NCBI GenBank assembly: GCA_965199855.1
Contig: OZ241326.1
Span: 1,440,001-1,504,000 of the forward strand
DNA length: 64,000 nucleotides
Source of the DNA: a bacterium
Lineage (GTDB): Bacteria; UBA8248
Direction of reading: 5' to 3'
Shown here in pieces: positions 27,318 to 37,897 of the stretch; positions within the stretch are counted from its first letter, which is position 1, and each line of letters opens with the position of its first letter. The notes under the pieces were generated by a model that made no database searches, was not told the origin of the DNA, and saw nothing but the letters and a program-made list of their open reading frames with translations. The position numbers were made by a program, and so were the translations under genes.

Positions 27318-30032
27318 ATGGCCGGACAGTTCACGAAAGACGCCAAGCCTCTCGTCTCCCGAACGAGGGGCGGCCCAACCTGCCTTTTTCTGCCGGACGC
27401 CGCGGCCCCCGCCGTGAGCGCGCAGGCCTGGTTTCCCGTCGGCAGCCTCACGGAAACGGACGCGCTGGAGGGCGTCTCCCACTTCCTGGAGCACATGATA
27501 TTCAAGGGTTCGCGGAATCTGGGAGTCGGGGAGCTCGCGTCGCTGGCGGAGTCCTCCGGCGGAGACGTCAACGCCTACACGGCGAGCGAATCCACCCATT
27601 ACGATCTGATATCGACGCCGGATGCGTTTGAAGCGTGCCTGGAGGCCCTCCTCGACGCGCTTTGGCGGCCGCGGTTCGACGAGAGCGAAATTCGCCGGGA
27701 AAGACGGGTGATTCTCTCCGAGATCAATCGCGCATACGAGCAGCCGGACCAGCAGCTTCAGCATCACCTCCATCGGGAAGCCTACGGCCGCGGGCACCCT
27801 TTCGGGCGTCCCGTCCTGGGCACGCGGCGGACGGTGAAGGGCCTGGGCGCGCGGGAGCTGAGGAAATATCACGAGAAATTCTATTCCCCCTCGTCCGCCG
27901 TCCTGGTGTTCGCCGGAGCGTTCGACCTCCGGAGAATCAAATCCGTTCTGGGAAAAGAGCGAAAAGCCTGGCTCGCCCGATGGCCGGCCCCCCGGCGCGG
28001 GAAGAAGAGGGTTCCCGCGCCTGCGCCTCCGCGGGCGGGGCCGCGCGTCGTCGTGCGGCGGGGCCGCGCGGGGGTGGCGCATCTGGACCTCGCGTTCGGG
28101 ATTCCTTCCCTGACCCACCGGGACGCTCCCGCGCTGGAGGCGCTCGCCATGGTTCTCGGGGCGGGCGCGAGCTCCCGCCTGTATGAGCGTTTGCGCATGG
28201 GCGAGCCGCTGATGTTCGACGTTTCCGCGGAAGCCTGCCTCTCCGGCGGACCGGGGCTGTTCTTCATAGGCGGATGCGCGGCGCCGGAAAACGTGGAGAA
28301 GGCCGTCGAGGGAATCCTCCGCGAGGCGAGGCGAATCATCCGGGACGCGCCGGCGACCCCGGAGGAACTGGAAAAGATGCGCATGAATTATCGGGCGGGC
28401 ATGGAGTTCCGGCGCGAGAGCATGAGGGGGCGCGCCCGCGCGGCGGGCTACTCCGAGCTGATCGCCGGGGACGCCGGCTTCTATCTCGAATACATGAAAA
28501 GGGTGATGGCGGCGGGGGCGAGCGACCTCTCGGACGCGGCGCGGCGGTATTTGAAGCCCTCGCGGCTGACCGCGGGCGCGTTCTTCCCCAAGGGAGAGGG
28601 AGCGGGCGTCGGCGCGGGGAGGATTCGCGCGGCGATACGGGAGGGCCTCGGAAATGGCGCGCGGGGAAAGGCCGGCGGCGCGCGCCGAAGCCGGAGCGAG
28701 GCGGAAAATCCCGCGCTCCCCGCCGGCTCCGCCTCGAAAGCCGTCGGCTCTTGGAAAAATCCGGCGGTGGCGAAGGAGGGGAGCAGGCCGGTGCGGAGGA
28801 AGCTTCCGGGCGGCGGACGGCTGATCATGCTGCCCGGAGGCGGCCCCGCCGTCTTCTCGCTGCGCGCCGTATTCCCGGGCGGTCAAAGAAGCGAAACCGC
28901 CCGCCGGAGCGGACTGCACGCCCTGATGGCCTCCGCGGCTCCCCTGGCGACCGGGAGCAGCCCGTCGCGCGTCCACGCGAAGGAGGTCGAGGGCCTGGGC
29001 GCCGTCATTGACGGATTTGCGGGAAAAAATACTTTCGGGCTGACGGCCGCGGGCCTCGGCGCGGCGCTGCCCGAGGTGGCGGAGAAGTTCGTGGAGGTCC
29101 TGACCGATCCCGCTTTCGACGAGGAAGACGTCGAATTCGTCAAGGCGGAGATCGAGGCGGAGCGGGAGAGCGAATTCGACGATCCGGGACGATACTGCCG
29201 GCTCATGGGGCATCGGCTTTTATACGGAAGCCATCCGCTGGGCCGCCATCCGCTTGGAACCCCCGGGACGATGGCCGCCCTGAACCGGCGCGTCCTGAGG
29301 CGCGAATGGCGCGGGAGGGCGTCCCCCCCGAGCCTCATCGTCGCGGCGGCCGGCAATTTCGACGCCGATCGTCTGGCGGAGCGGCTCTCGAAAATGCTCG
29401 CTCCCTGGGCGAGAGGCGCTCCGCGGGAAGCCCCGCTCCTCCAGCCGGCCCCGCCCCGAAGTTTCGCGAGGAGGCGCCTTCGCTCCTACGCGATCGAGGG
29501 CGCGTCGCAGGGCCATATTCACATGTCCTTTCTGGGGGCGACCTTTCGCGAACCCGCGAGGCGCGCGCTCGCCGTCGTCGCGGCGATCCTGGGAAGCCAG
29601 GGGGGCGGGCTCTTCTGGGAGTTGCGGGAAAGGCGCGGTCTCGCCTACGACGTGAGCGTCTCCTCCCAGGAATCTCTCGACCCGGGGGCGATCTCGATTT
29701 ACGCGGCCACGCTTCCGGGCGAGGAAAGACTGGCGGTCGAGCTGATTCGCCGGGAAATCGCCCGCCTGAGCCGAAAGGGGCCGGGCGAGGAGGAGCTGCG
29801 CCGGGCGAAGTCGTATATCATCGGCGGGATGTCCCGCGCGCATCAGCGAGCCTCCGCGAGAGCGTCCGATCTGGCGTTCGGACTCGCCTACGGCCTGCGG
29901 TGGGAAACGCTCGGGGAGGCATCGGGGCGAATCGAGCGGGTGAGCGGGGGCGCCGTCAAAAGAGCCGCGCGCCGCTTCATGAGCCCGGAGAAGGAATGCC
30001 TCGTGACGGTATCGGATGGCTCCGCGAAATAG
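27318..30032 (+). CDS. M16 family zinc peptidase (fused tandem halves)
   Basis: HFLEH inverted zinc motif, NAYT, and LRERRGLAY in the C-terminal half. Confidence 0.88.
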   Translation: MAGQFTKDAKPLVSRTRGGPTCLFLPDAAAPAVSAQAWFPVGSLTETDALEGVSHFLEHMIFKGSRNLGVGELASLAESSGGDVNAYTASESTHYDLISTPDAFEACLEALLDALWRPRFDESEIRRERRVILSEINRAYEQPDQQLQHHLHREAYGRGHPFGRPVLGTRRTVKGLGARELRKYHEKFYSPSSAVLVFAGAFDLRRIKSVLGKERKAWLARWPAPRRGKKRVPAPAPPRAGPRVVVRRGRAGVAHLDLAFGIPSLTHRDAPALEALAMVLGAGASSRLYERLRMGEPLMFDVSAEACLSGGPGLFFIGGCAAPENVEKAVEGILREARRIIRDAPATPEELEKMRMNYRAGMEFRRESMRGRARAAGYSELIAGDAGFYLEYMKRVMAAGASDLSDAARRYLKPSRLTAGAFFPKGEGAGVGAGRIRAAIREGLGNGARGKAGGARRSRSEAENPALPAGSASKAVGSWKNPAVAKEGSRPVRRKLPGGGRLIMLPGGGPAVFSLRAVFPGGQRSETARRSGLHALMASAAPLATGSSPSRVHAKEVEGLGAVIDGFAGKNTFGLTAAGLGAALPEVAEKFVEVLTDPAFDEEDVEFVKAEIEAERESEFDDPGRYCRLMGHRLLYGSHPLGRHPLGTPGTMAALNRRVLRREWRGRASPPSLIVAAAGNFDADRLAERLSKMLAPWARGAPREAPLLQPAPPRSFARRRLRSYAIEGASQGHIHMSFLGATFREPARRALAVVAAILGSQGGGLFWELRERRGLAYDVSVSSQESLDPGAISIYAATLPGEERLAVELIRREIARLSRKGPGEEELRRAKSYIIGGMSRAHQRASARASDLAFGLAYGLRWETLGEASGRIERVSGGAVKRAARRFMSPEKECLVTVSDGSAK

Positions 30033-30041
30033 CCCGGCTCT

Positions 30042-30728
30042 CTAGCGGTCGGCTCGCTGAATCTCGAGCAGGTCCTTTTGCAGCTCTCGCAGCCTCTCGC
30101 GCAGCTGCTCCATTTCCTGGATGATTTTTTCTTCTTTCCGGGATTTGCGCAGCATTCGCTCAAGACGCCTGCGCTCCTGCGCCAGCCTGCGCCTTCTGGA
30201 AGCGCGCCTCGCCCGCCTTTCCTCCTGCTTTACCTCATGAATGCGCTGGCGCAGCGCCTCGGGGTCCAAGAGCGCGCCGGGCGTCAGGGACGCCTCCCGC
30301 GGGCCTTCGCCGCGCGCGGTTCTCCCGCCGGTTCCCCGGGCCTCTCCGGGATTGAGGTCTTCTTCTTTCGGAGAATGCCCCCTGGACGGAAAGCGATCCT
30401 GAAAAGGCGCGCTCTTCGCTCGCGCCGCATTCCGGGGAGGACGCTTTCTGGATGGAAGCGGCTCCTGAAAGCGGCGCGCGGCGGCGGGCCTTGCGGCGGC
30501 TTTCGCTTCGCTCGCGCCCGGCTTCTCCGCGCTCTCGCGCTGGTATTTCGATATGGATACCAGCGTATCCGAAACGGTTTTTTTGGTGTTCTCCCAGATG
30601 TTTTTCGCCGCGGCGCCGGCTCCGCCGCACCCGGCGGCCAAGAGGAGCAGCGACGCGGCGGGCGCGAGAAGAAGCCTTCCCGGAGGGGAAAAATCAGTTC
30701 GCGGCTCGCCAGTATTCTTTTCTCTCAT
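30042..30728 (-). CDS. Hypothetical lipoprotein with C-terminal coiled coil
   Basis: LLLLAAGC lipobox and charged helical tail; overlaps the end of hflX. Confidence 0.55.
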   Translation of the reverse strand: MREKNTGEPRTDFSPPGRLLLAPAASLLLLAAGCGGAGAAAKNIWENTKKTVSDTLVSISKYQRESAEKPGASEAKAAARPAAARRFQEPLPSRKRPPRNAARAKSAPFQDRFPSRGHSPKEEDLNPGEARGTGGRTARGEGPREASLTPGALLDPEALRQRIHEVKQEERRARRASRRRRLAQERRRLERMLRKSRKEEKIIQEMEQLRERLRELQKDLLEIQRADR

Positions 30729-32406
30729 CTTGCGCGTCCATGTCCGATAGGCGGCGGGATGCCTCCTCCACCAGGGGAACGAGGCTTTTGGGGTCCATGC
30801 CGCTCACGGCGACGCCGTTGAACCGGCGGCACAGATTCGCCAGACGAATGTCGTCCGTCTTGTCCATTTTGTTGAAAACGCGAACGAGGGGCGTGTCCCG
30901 CAGCCCGATCTCGCCCAGGGTCTTCTCCACCGAAGCGAGGTTTTCCTCGCAATGCGGGGATGCGGCGTCAATCACGTGAAGAAGGAGGTCCGCCTCGCTC
31001 AATTCCTCCAGCGTGGAGCGAAACGCCCCGATCAGCTCCTGCGGGAGGTCGTGAATGAAGCCGACGGTGTCCGTGATGACGACTTCGCGCTCGCGGGGGA
31101 GCCTGAGCCTTCGGCTCGACGTGTCCAGGGTGGCGAAAAGGCGATCCTCGGCCAAGACCTCGCTGTTCGTCAGGGCGTTCAGCAGGGTGGACTTGCCCGC
31201 GTTGGCGTAGCCCACGAGGGAGAGAACCGGCACTTCCCGGCGGCGGCGGAGCTGGCGGCCCCGGGCGCGCTTCCTCCGGAGGCTTTCGAGCTCCTTCTCC
31301 ACCCTGCGGATGCGCTCGAACGCGCGGCGGCGGTGAATCTCCAGTTTCGTCTCGCCGGGCCCCCTGCCGCCGATTCCGCCGGCGAGCCTGCTCAGCGCCG
31401 TGTGCCGCGACGAGATGCGCGGCAGCGCGTAGCGCAGCAGGGCGAGTTCCACCTGAAGCTTGCCGACGCGGCTTTTGGCCCTCTGGGCGAAGATGTCGAG
31501 AATGATTTGCGTCCGATCCAGAATTTTCAGATCGGTGAATTCCGATAAATTCTTGATTTGCGAGGGCGTCAGCTCGCTGGAGAAGAAAAGCGCCTCCGCG
31601 CCTACTCGCATGGAGTTCATCAGGACGTCCGCCAGACGGCCTCTGCCGATGACGAAGCGCGGGTCCGGCCTTTTGCGGCGCTGGAGAATCCTTCCGCAGG
31701 GAATGAAGCCCGCCTCGCGCGTGAGGAGGGAGAGTTCCTCGAGCTCGGTCTCGGCCGGGCGGTTCGCCGCCCGCCCGGCGTCCAGATGCACCAGCAGGGC
31801 GCGCTCTCCCTCTTCGAGCTGGATCGACGCCCGCTGAACGCGGGCGAATTCATCCTCGAGGGAATCGACGAGGGCTTCGATGTCGATGCGGCCCGACTCC
31901 AGGTTCGGGAAGGAGCGGATTTCCCAGGGCGCCCGATTCTCCGCGAACGAGGAGCCGCCGTCCGGCTCGCCTTCATCGGGAAGCCCGGGCGTGATGTGGG
32001 CGAAGTGGAAGCGGCCCGCGCCGCCGTCTTCCGCCACCTCGATGGCGCCCATGGCGTCGAGGCGGAGGAGGGCCATGTCCGTCAGGTCTTCCTGGGAGAG
32101 CGGGGCGGCGCCCAGGTGGGTGTGGACGCACCGGAGACCCCTGAGCCTCGCCATGCCGGCGCGCGCGCGGCCCAGCTCCGGTATCTCGATCCGCCTCGCG
32201 TCGCCGACGATCACGTAGCGCACCGCGCCGGGCCGGTCGATGAGCAGCCCGATCTGCCGCGAGATTTCATGCGACAAAAGCGCGAGCTCGCGCCCGAGCT
32301 CCAGGTGAATGAATTGGCCGGGGGGTATCTTGCGGCGGTAAAGCCTTTCCAGCGCCTTGATTTGTTTGGGCTTCAGCCCGGTGAGCCGACCATGAAGTCT
32401 GGCGAT
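30694..32406 (-). CDS. hflX: GTPase HflX, long N-terminal form; start possibly ATC
   Basis: ILDIFAQRA, RGPGETKLE, GYANAGKS, LFATLD, DTVGF and NKMD motifs. Confidence 0.92.
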   Translation of the reverse strand: MARLHGRLTGLKPKQIKALERLYRRKIPPGQFIHLELGRELALLSHEISRQIGLLIDRPGAVRYVIVGDARRIEIPELGRARAGMARLRGLRCVHTHLGAAPLSQEDLTDMALLRLDAMGAIEVAEDGGAGRFHFAHITPGLPDEGEPDGGSSFAENRAPWEIRSFPNLESGRIDIEALVDSLEDEFARVQRASIQLEEGERALLVHLDAGRAANRPAETELEELSLLTREAGFIPCGRILQRRKRPDPRFVIGRGRLADVLMNSMRVGAEALFFSSELTPSQIKNLSEFTDLKILDRTQIILDIFAQRAKSRVGKLQVELALLRYALPRISSRHTALSRLAGGIGGRGPGETKLEIHRRRAFERIRRVEKELESLRRKRARGRQLRRRREVPVLSLVGYANAGKSTLLNALTNSEVLAEDRLFATLDTSSRRLRLPREREVVITDTVGFIHDLPQELIGAFRSTLEELSEADLLLHVIDAASPHCEENLASVEKTLGEIGLRDTPLVRVFNKMDKTDDIRLANLCRRFNGVAVSGMDPKSLVPLVEEASRRLSDMDAQDERKEYWRAAN

Positions 32407-32504
32407 GGCGAGGCGCTCCCCAAGGGAAACGGGCGATACGGCGGCGGCGCCCAAGGCGGCTTCCGGCCCAAAGATACGCCAGGTTCGGCGGCGGCGCAAG
32501 ATGA

Positions 32505-32534
32505 TTGACACCCCCCGCGGCGTTTCAATAGACT
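32505..32534 (+). promoter_or_regulatory. Sigma70-type promoter for mgtE
   Basis: TTGACA-N18-TAGACT, about 47 nt upstream of the ATG. Confidence 0.6.
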
Positions 32535-32581
32535 CTACGCCCCCTGAAGGCCGCATTCATCCGCTTCTCGAGGCATGGGCC

Positions 32582-33949
32582 ATGGTGAACGAGCGCGACC
32601 CGAGGCTTCTGCGCGTGGAGGACATGGTGCGCCGGCTTTTGAGGCACAAGGCCGACGCGAACCTCTCCAACGCGCTGGAGAAAATGCACGCGGCCGAGGT
32701 GGCGCAGATTTTTCAGCACTTCCTGCCCGAAGAGCGCCAGGAGGCGTTCTCGCTGGTCCGGAGCCGGGAGCACCGCGCCTCCATTCTCACGGAATCGGAC
32801 TCCCACATCGTGCGGGAGCTCCTGGAGCCGGAGACGAACGAGGACGTGATTCCGCTTCTCAAGGAACTGGACAGCGACGACGCCCGATACATTCTCGAAA
32901 CCCTGCCGGAGGAGCGCTCCCGGGAGATCGTGGCCCTGCTCGACGCGCCGGAGACCGAAGCCATCCAGGACATGATGGCGTATCTGCCGGAAACCGCGGG
33001 CGCCATCATGACGGATTCCTACGTGGCGCTTCACGAGGAGCTCACGGTGGACGAGGCCATCTCCCGGGTGCGCAAGGCCGGCGAGGTGGACTACATCTTC
33101 TACGTCTACGTCATCGACTCGAACGACTGCCTGAGAGGGGTGATCAGCCTGCGGCAGCTGTTGCTGGCGGACCCCTCCAAGCCCCTGTCCGAAGTCATGA
33201 TCACCAACGTCTGGAGCGAGAACGTCCACGCCGACCAGGAGCACGTCGCGCGCGTCGTCTCGCGCTACAACATCCTGGCCATCCCCATCGTCGATGACGA
33301 CAACGCGCTGGTCGGAATCGTCACGGTGGACGACGTGCTCGACGTTCTGAGAGAGGAGGCGACCGAGGACATCCTGAAGATGGCGGGGACGCACTCCTAT
33401 CAGGACGAGGTGACGGCCCTTTCCGTCAGGCGCCTCGCGTGGGTGCGCCTGCCTTGGCTGTTCTTCAGCTGGCTGGGGGGCATTCTGGCCGCCCAGCTGA
33501 TTCATCAGTATTCCGAGGAGCTGAGCAGGGTGGTGGCTCTCGCCGCGTTCATGCCGGTGATCATCGGCATGGCGGGCAACGTGGGCACCCAGAGCGCCAC
33601 CATCGTCGTCCGCGGTCTGGCGACCGGACGCATCGACCCCAAGTCGTGGATTCGCGTCATCCTGAAGGAGGTGGCCGTCGGCGCGCTTCTGGGCGTCTGC
33701 TACGGCGTGCTTCTGGGGCTGCTGGCGGCGTATCAGTTTTCCTCGGTCGCCTGGCTGGGCTTCGTCGTGGGGCTCGCTATCTGCGTGACGATGGCGTTCT
33801 CCGCCCTGCTCGCGTCGTTTCTGCCGCTCGTGCTTCACCGGTTTCGGGTGGACCCGGCCGTGGCGACGGGGCCCTTCGTCACAACGGGCGTCGACGTGCT
33901 GGGGCTCTTGATCTATCTGAACATCGCCCGGCTGTTTCTCTTCGCGTGA
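32582..33949 (+). CDS. mgtE: Magnesium transporter MgtE
   Basis: N-domain and CBS pair, RLPWL, GNVGTQS and DPAVATGPFVTT..D motifs. Confidence 0.93.
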   Translation: MVNERDPRLLRVEDMVRRLLRHKADANLSNALEKMHAAEVAQIFQHFLPEERQEAFSLVRSREHRASILTESDSHIVRELLEPETNEDVIPLLKELDSDDARYILETLPEERSREIVALLDAPETEAIQDMMAYLPETAGAIMTDSYVALHEELTVDEAISRVRKAGEVDYIFYVYVIDSNDCLRGVISLRQLLLADPSKPLSEVMITNVWSENVHADQEHVARVVSRYNILAIPIVDDDNALVGIVTVDDVLDVLREEATEDILKMAGTHSYQDEVTALSVRRLAWVRLPWLFFSWLGGILAAQLIHQYSEELSRVVALAAFMPVIIGMAGNVGTQSATIVVRGLATGRIDPKSWIRVILKEVAVGALLGVCYGVLLGLLAAYQFSSVAWLGFVVGLAICVTMAFSALLASFLPLVLHRFRVDPAVATGPFVTTGVDVLGLLIYLNIARLFLFA

Positions 33950-33970
33950 TCAGCGGCGGGTTCAGTCGGT

Positions 33971-34393
33971 TTGCCTCTTTCCATCGACTTCCGCGTAAGG
34001 TATGCCGAAACCGACCAGATGGGCGTGGTGCATCATTCGGTCTATTATGTATGGTTCGAGCAGCTCAGGACGGCGTATTTCCGCCGCATGGGATTTCCCT
34101 ACGGGCGACTGGAGGAGCGGGGCGTCTATTTTCCGGTGGTGGAGAGCCGCTGCCGCCACAGGGAGGGCGCCCGGTATGACGGGAGAGTGAAGGTCACCGG
34201 CTGGCTGAGGGAGCCCGAGGGCGTCCGCGTGCGGATCGACTATCGCGTGGAGCAGGAGGAGCGCGTTCTGGCGGAAGGATATACGCTTCACGCGAGAACC
34301 GACGCGCGGGGGAAGCCGGCGCGCATTCCGCCCGGGATTCTCGAAAAACTGAGGGAGGAGGCCGCGCCCGCGGCGGAGGGGCCGCGCCTGTAA
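33971..34393 (+). CDS. YbgC/FadM family acyl-CoA thioesterase
   Basis: RVRYAETDQMGVVHH..Y..WFE motif. Confidence 0.88.
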   Translation: MPLSIDFRVRYAETDQMGVVHHSVYYVWFEQLRTAYFRRMGFPYGRLEERGVYFPVVESRCRHREGARYDGRVKVTGWLREPEGVRVRIDYRVEQEERVLAEGYTLHARTDARGKPARIPPGILEKLREEAAPAAEGPRL

Positions 34394-34475
34394 AGGGCGG
34401 CGATCTTCCCGAAGCGGGCGAAGCGCCCGCTCAGGCGTCGCGGAGAGGCATACCAGAGCACCCGTGAGGAAATCC

Positions 34476-37082
34476 ATGCTCGGCGAATACAATCCATCGA
34501 ACTACGAGGAAAAGTGGCAGGAGGTCTGGGCGGAGGAGAAGATATTCGAGACCCCCGATCATCCCGGGGAGAAGCCCGCCTATTATTCCCTGATGATGTT
34601 CCCCTACCCCTCCGGCGATCTGCACATGGGCCACGCCTGCAACTACACGATGGGCGACGCCATCAGCCGCTACCGGAAGATGCGCGGCTTCGAGGTGCTG
34701 CACCCGATGGGCTGGGACGCCCTGGGGCTGCCGGCGGAGAACGCCGCCATCAACGCCGGCGCGCATCCCGCCAGCTGGACGAAGAAGAACATCGACAACA
34801 TGAGGCGGCAGCTGCGCATGGCGGGCCTCGCCTACGACTGGCCGCGCGAGATTTCCACAGCGCATCCGGGCTACTACAAGTGGACGCAGTGGATTTTCCT
34901 CAAAATGCTCGAAAGGGGCCTGGCCTACAAGCGCGAGGCCCTCGTCAACTGGGACCCGGTGGACGGCACGGTGCTGGCGAACGAGCAGATCCACGACGGC
35001 GTCGCCTGGCGAAGCGGCGCCAGGGTGGAAAAGCGCTGGCTCAGCCAGTGGTTCCTGAAGATCACCGACTACGCGCAGCGCCTGCTCGACGATCTGGACG
35101 GCCTCGTCGGCTGGCCCGAGCACGTCAAGCAGCAGCAGAGGAACTGGCTGGGGCGCAGCGAGGGGGCGCGCATCGATTTCGCGCTCGAGGCGACCGGCGA
35201 GACGCTCTCGGTCTTCACCACGCGGCCGGATACGGTCTACGGCGTCACCTTCATGGTCTGCGCGCCCGAGCATCCCCTGATCGACCGGCTGCTGGAGGGC
35301 AATCCCCGGGCGGACGCCGTCCGCGAGGCCGTGGAGGCCATGCGGGCCCGAAGCGCCGCCGAGCGGATGAGCGAGGAGAGCGAAAAGACGGGCGTTCACA
35401 CCGGCCATTTCATCGTCAACCCGGTCAACGGCGAGCGGGTCCCCCTGCTCGTGGCCGACTACGCGCTGATGGAATACGGCACGGGCATCGTCATGGGCGT
35501 GCCCGCGCACGATCAGCGCGATCTTCTCTTCGCGCGAAAATACGGCATCCCCGTCAAGGTGGTGATTCAGCGTCCCGAGGGAGGGCTGGACGGCGCCTCG
35601 ATGGAGCAGGCGTACGTGGAAGACGGCGTGATGGAGAATTCCGGGCCCTTCGACGGACAGCCGAACCGCGAGGCGTATCCCCGGATGATCGACTACTTCG
35701 CGGAGAAGGGCTTCGGCGACAGGACGGTCAACTGGCGTCTGCGGGACTGGCTCATCTCGCGCCAGCGGTATTGGGGGGTGCCCATACCGGTCATCTACGA
35801 GGAGGACGGAAGCATCACCCCGGCGCCCGACGAGCATCTGCCCGTCATGCACCCGCGCGACGTCGAATTCACGGGCCGGGGGGGAAATCCCCTGAGCCAG
35901 AGCGCCGACTTCGTGAACGTCGTCAGCCCGAGGACGGGCAGGCCCGCCCGCCGCGAGACCGACACGATGGACACGTTTGTGGATTCGTCCTGGTATTATC
36001 TGCGATACGTCAGCCCCCGTGACGATTCCGCCGCGTTTCAATCGGAAAACGTGAACCGCTGGCTGCCGGTGACCCAGTATATCGGGGGAGCGGAGCACGC
36101 GGTGATGCACCTGCTCTACTCCCGCTTCTTTACGAAGGCGCTTTACGACATGGGCCTCGTCTCCTTCGAGGAGCCGTTCGAGAACCTCTTCACCCAGGGG
36201 ATGGTGTGCCGGATGGCCTATTACGTGGCCGAGGCGCGCGGCCGCGTCTGGGTGCCCTACCAGGACGTGGACGAGGAATCCCTGCTCGTCTCGGCGGACG
36301 GCCCCAGCGGGAGCGGCTACCGCGCCGGCCAGAAGGTGGCCGCCGAGATGGCCTCGATGAGCAAGTCGAAGATGAACGGGGTCTCCATCGAGGAATGCAC
36401 CGGGAAATACGGAGCCGACGCGGGCCGGCTCTATACGCTGTTCATCGGCCCTCCCGAACGCTCCAAGGAGTGGCGCGACGACGGGCTCATCGGCGTCCAC
36501 CGGTTCCTGCAGAGGCTCTGGACGACGGTTTCGGAGCGGCTCGAAAGTTGGCGGGCTTCGGAGCGCTATGCCGGAGACGGAGGCGGGCTGTCCGATTCGG
36601 GAAGAAGGCTCAGACGCGACGCCCACGCGACCCTGAAGGCGGTGGCGGAAGTCTATGAGAACACCTTTTCCTTCAACACGGCGGTGGCCCGCGTCATGGA
36701 GCTGGCGACTTCGCTGCGCGCGGAAGCCGCCGCCGAAAGCGCGGTTCAGCGCGAGGCGGCCGAGATTCTGCTTTGCTGCATGGCGCCGATGGCCCCGCAC
36801 GTGGCGGAGGAGCTCTGGGCGGCGCTGGGCGCGGGGAGGGCGAGCCTCTTCCGGGAGGCGTGGCCCGAGGTGGACGAGGCGGCCATCGCCGCCGAGGAGA
36901 AGGAATTCGCCGTCCAGGTGAACGGAAAGACGAGGCGCGCCTTCATGGCGCTGCCGGACGCGCCGGAGGATGAGCTCAAGGAAAAGGCGGAAGCGGCCGC
37001 CGCGGCGTACGTGAGCGGCAAGGAGATAGTGAGGCACATCGTCGTGCCGGGCCGTCTGGTGAACATCATCGTGAAGGGATAA
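34476..37082 (+). CDS. leuS: Leucine--tRNA ligase
   Basis: MFPYPSG, HMGH, FTTRPDT, GVPAHD, RDWLISRQRYWG, SMSKS and VQVNGK motifs. Confidence 0.97.
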   Translation: MLGEYNPSNYEEKWQEVWAEEKIFETPDHPGEKPAYYSLMMFPYPSGDLHMGHACNYTMGDAISRYRKMRGFEVLHPMGWDALGLPAENAAINAGAHPASWTKKNIDNMRRQLRMAGLAYDWPREISTAHPGYYKWTQWIFLKMLERGLAYKREALVNWDPVDGTVLANEQIHDGVAWRSGARVEKRWLSQWFLKITDYAQRLLDDLDGLVGWPEHVKQQQRNWLGRSEGARIDFALEATGETLSVFTTRPDTVYGVTFMVCAPEHPLIDRLLEGNPRADAVREAVEAMRARSAAERMSEESEKTGVHTGHFIVNPVNGERVPLLVADYALMEYGTGIVMGVPAHDQRDLLFARKYGIPVKVVIQRPEGGLDGASMEQAYVEDGVMENSGPFDGQPNREAYPRMIDYFAEKGFGDRTVNWRLRDWLISRQRYWGVPIPVIYEEDGSITPAPDEHLPVMHPRDVEFTGRGGNPLSQSADFVNVVSPRTGRPARRETDTMDTFVDSSWYYLRYVSPRDDSAAFQSENVNRWLPVTQYIGGAEHAVMHLLYSRFFTKALYDMGLVSFEEPFENLFTQGMVCRMAYYVAEARGRVWVPYQDVDEESLLVSADGPSGSGYRAGQKVAAEMASMSKSKMNGVSIEECTGKYGADAGRLYTLFIGPPERSKEWRDDGLIGVHRFLQRLWTTVSERLESWRASERYAGDGGGLSDSGRRLRRDAHATLKAVAEVYENTFSFNTAVARVMELATSLRAEAAAESAVQREAAEILLCCMAPMAPHVAEELWAALGAGRASLFREAWPEVDEAAIAAEEKEFAVQVNGKTRRAFMALPDAPEDELKEKAEAAAAAYVSGKEIVRHIVVPGRLVNIIVKG

Positions 37083-37227
37083 GATGCCCCCGGCGCCGCT
37101 TGCGGGGAGCGCTTCGGGCCGCGCGGGGCGGCATGAGCGGATGGAAGCGGGCATTCCGGAAGCGAACCATCGGGCGAAAATGGTTCCGGGTTTTTTGAGG
37201 CAAAGCCGTTCAGGGAGGAAATGACAG

Positions 37228-37680
37228 ATGGCCGAGCGACCAACGGAAATGGACGAGTTTTTGCAGGAGCCGCGCATGGCGCGAATCGCCACCACGAACG
37301 CGGACGGCTCGCCGCACGTCGTGCCGCTTTTGTATCTGTTCAATCCCGAGGACGCGAGCTTTTTCATCAGCACGGGAGACGATTCCGTTTCGGTGAGGAA
37401 TCTGAGGCGCAATCCGGCGTTTTCCATCTGCGTCGATGACGACGAGGCTCCGTTCCGCGCCGTCGTCGTCGAGGGGAAGGCGCGCATTTCCGAGGTGATG
37501 GGAACGGATCACGAGGGATTGAAAAGCGTAGTGGATCACTTCTTCGGGCCGGACATGTGGGCGAATTACGTCAACACGCCCATCGCGCAGAAGACGCGCG
37601 TGCGGGTCACGATGACGCCCAACAAATGGAAGTGGTGGGACTACCGCCGGAAATCCATGGGTTCGGTGAAGGTGGGCTGA
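37228..37680 (+). CDS. Pyridoxamine 5'-phosphate oxidase-like split-barrel flavin-binding protein
   Basis: IATTNADGSPHVVP, RNLRRNP and VVVEGKA motifs. Confidence 0.8.
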   Translation: MAERPTEMDEFLQEPRMARIATTNADGSPHVVPLLYLFNPEDASFFISTGDDSVSVRNLRRNPAFSICVDDDEAPFRAVVVEGKARISEVMGTDHEGLKSVVDHFFGPDMWANYVNTPIAQKTRVRVTMTPNKWKWWDYRRKSMGSVKVG

Positions 37681-37704
37681 GCTCTCAGCCGATCTTCAGG
37701 CTCG

Positions 37705-37740
37705 AAAAGGCCCCGGAGGCGATTCTCCGGGGCTTTTTTC
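37705..37740. terminator. Bidirectional intrinsic terminator
   Basis: aaaagg-ccccggag-gcgatt-ctccgggg-ctttttt between convergent genes. Confidence 0.8.
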
Positions 37741-37897
37741 GCCGGGGAAGCGCGCGTGTCCGCCGCGACCGGGCTTGCGCCTTTCGTTCCCGCCCGTCCT
37801 CCCGCAGCCGCTCTTTCTCACGGGCGCCGGCGGTTCCCCAAAAGAGTTTCCGGCTGGCGCCTGAAATCAGGACGGAAGTTCCCGGCGGTTCCGCGCC

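Noticed and set aside
36350-36375. LeuRS SMSKS instead of KMSKS
   Set aside because: The first position varies in class I synthetases and the catalytic second Lys is retained.
34431-37487. Long antisense and alternate-frame ORFs (e.g. 1018 aa opposite leuS, 14033-16456, 16780-19224, 61747-63813)
   Set aside because: These are shadow ORFs expected from high-GC codon bias. They have no recognisable motifs and overlap well-supported genes.
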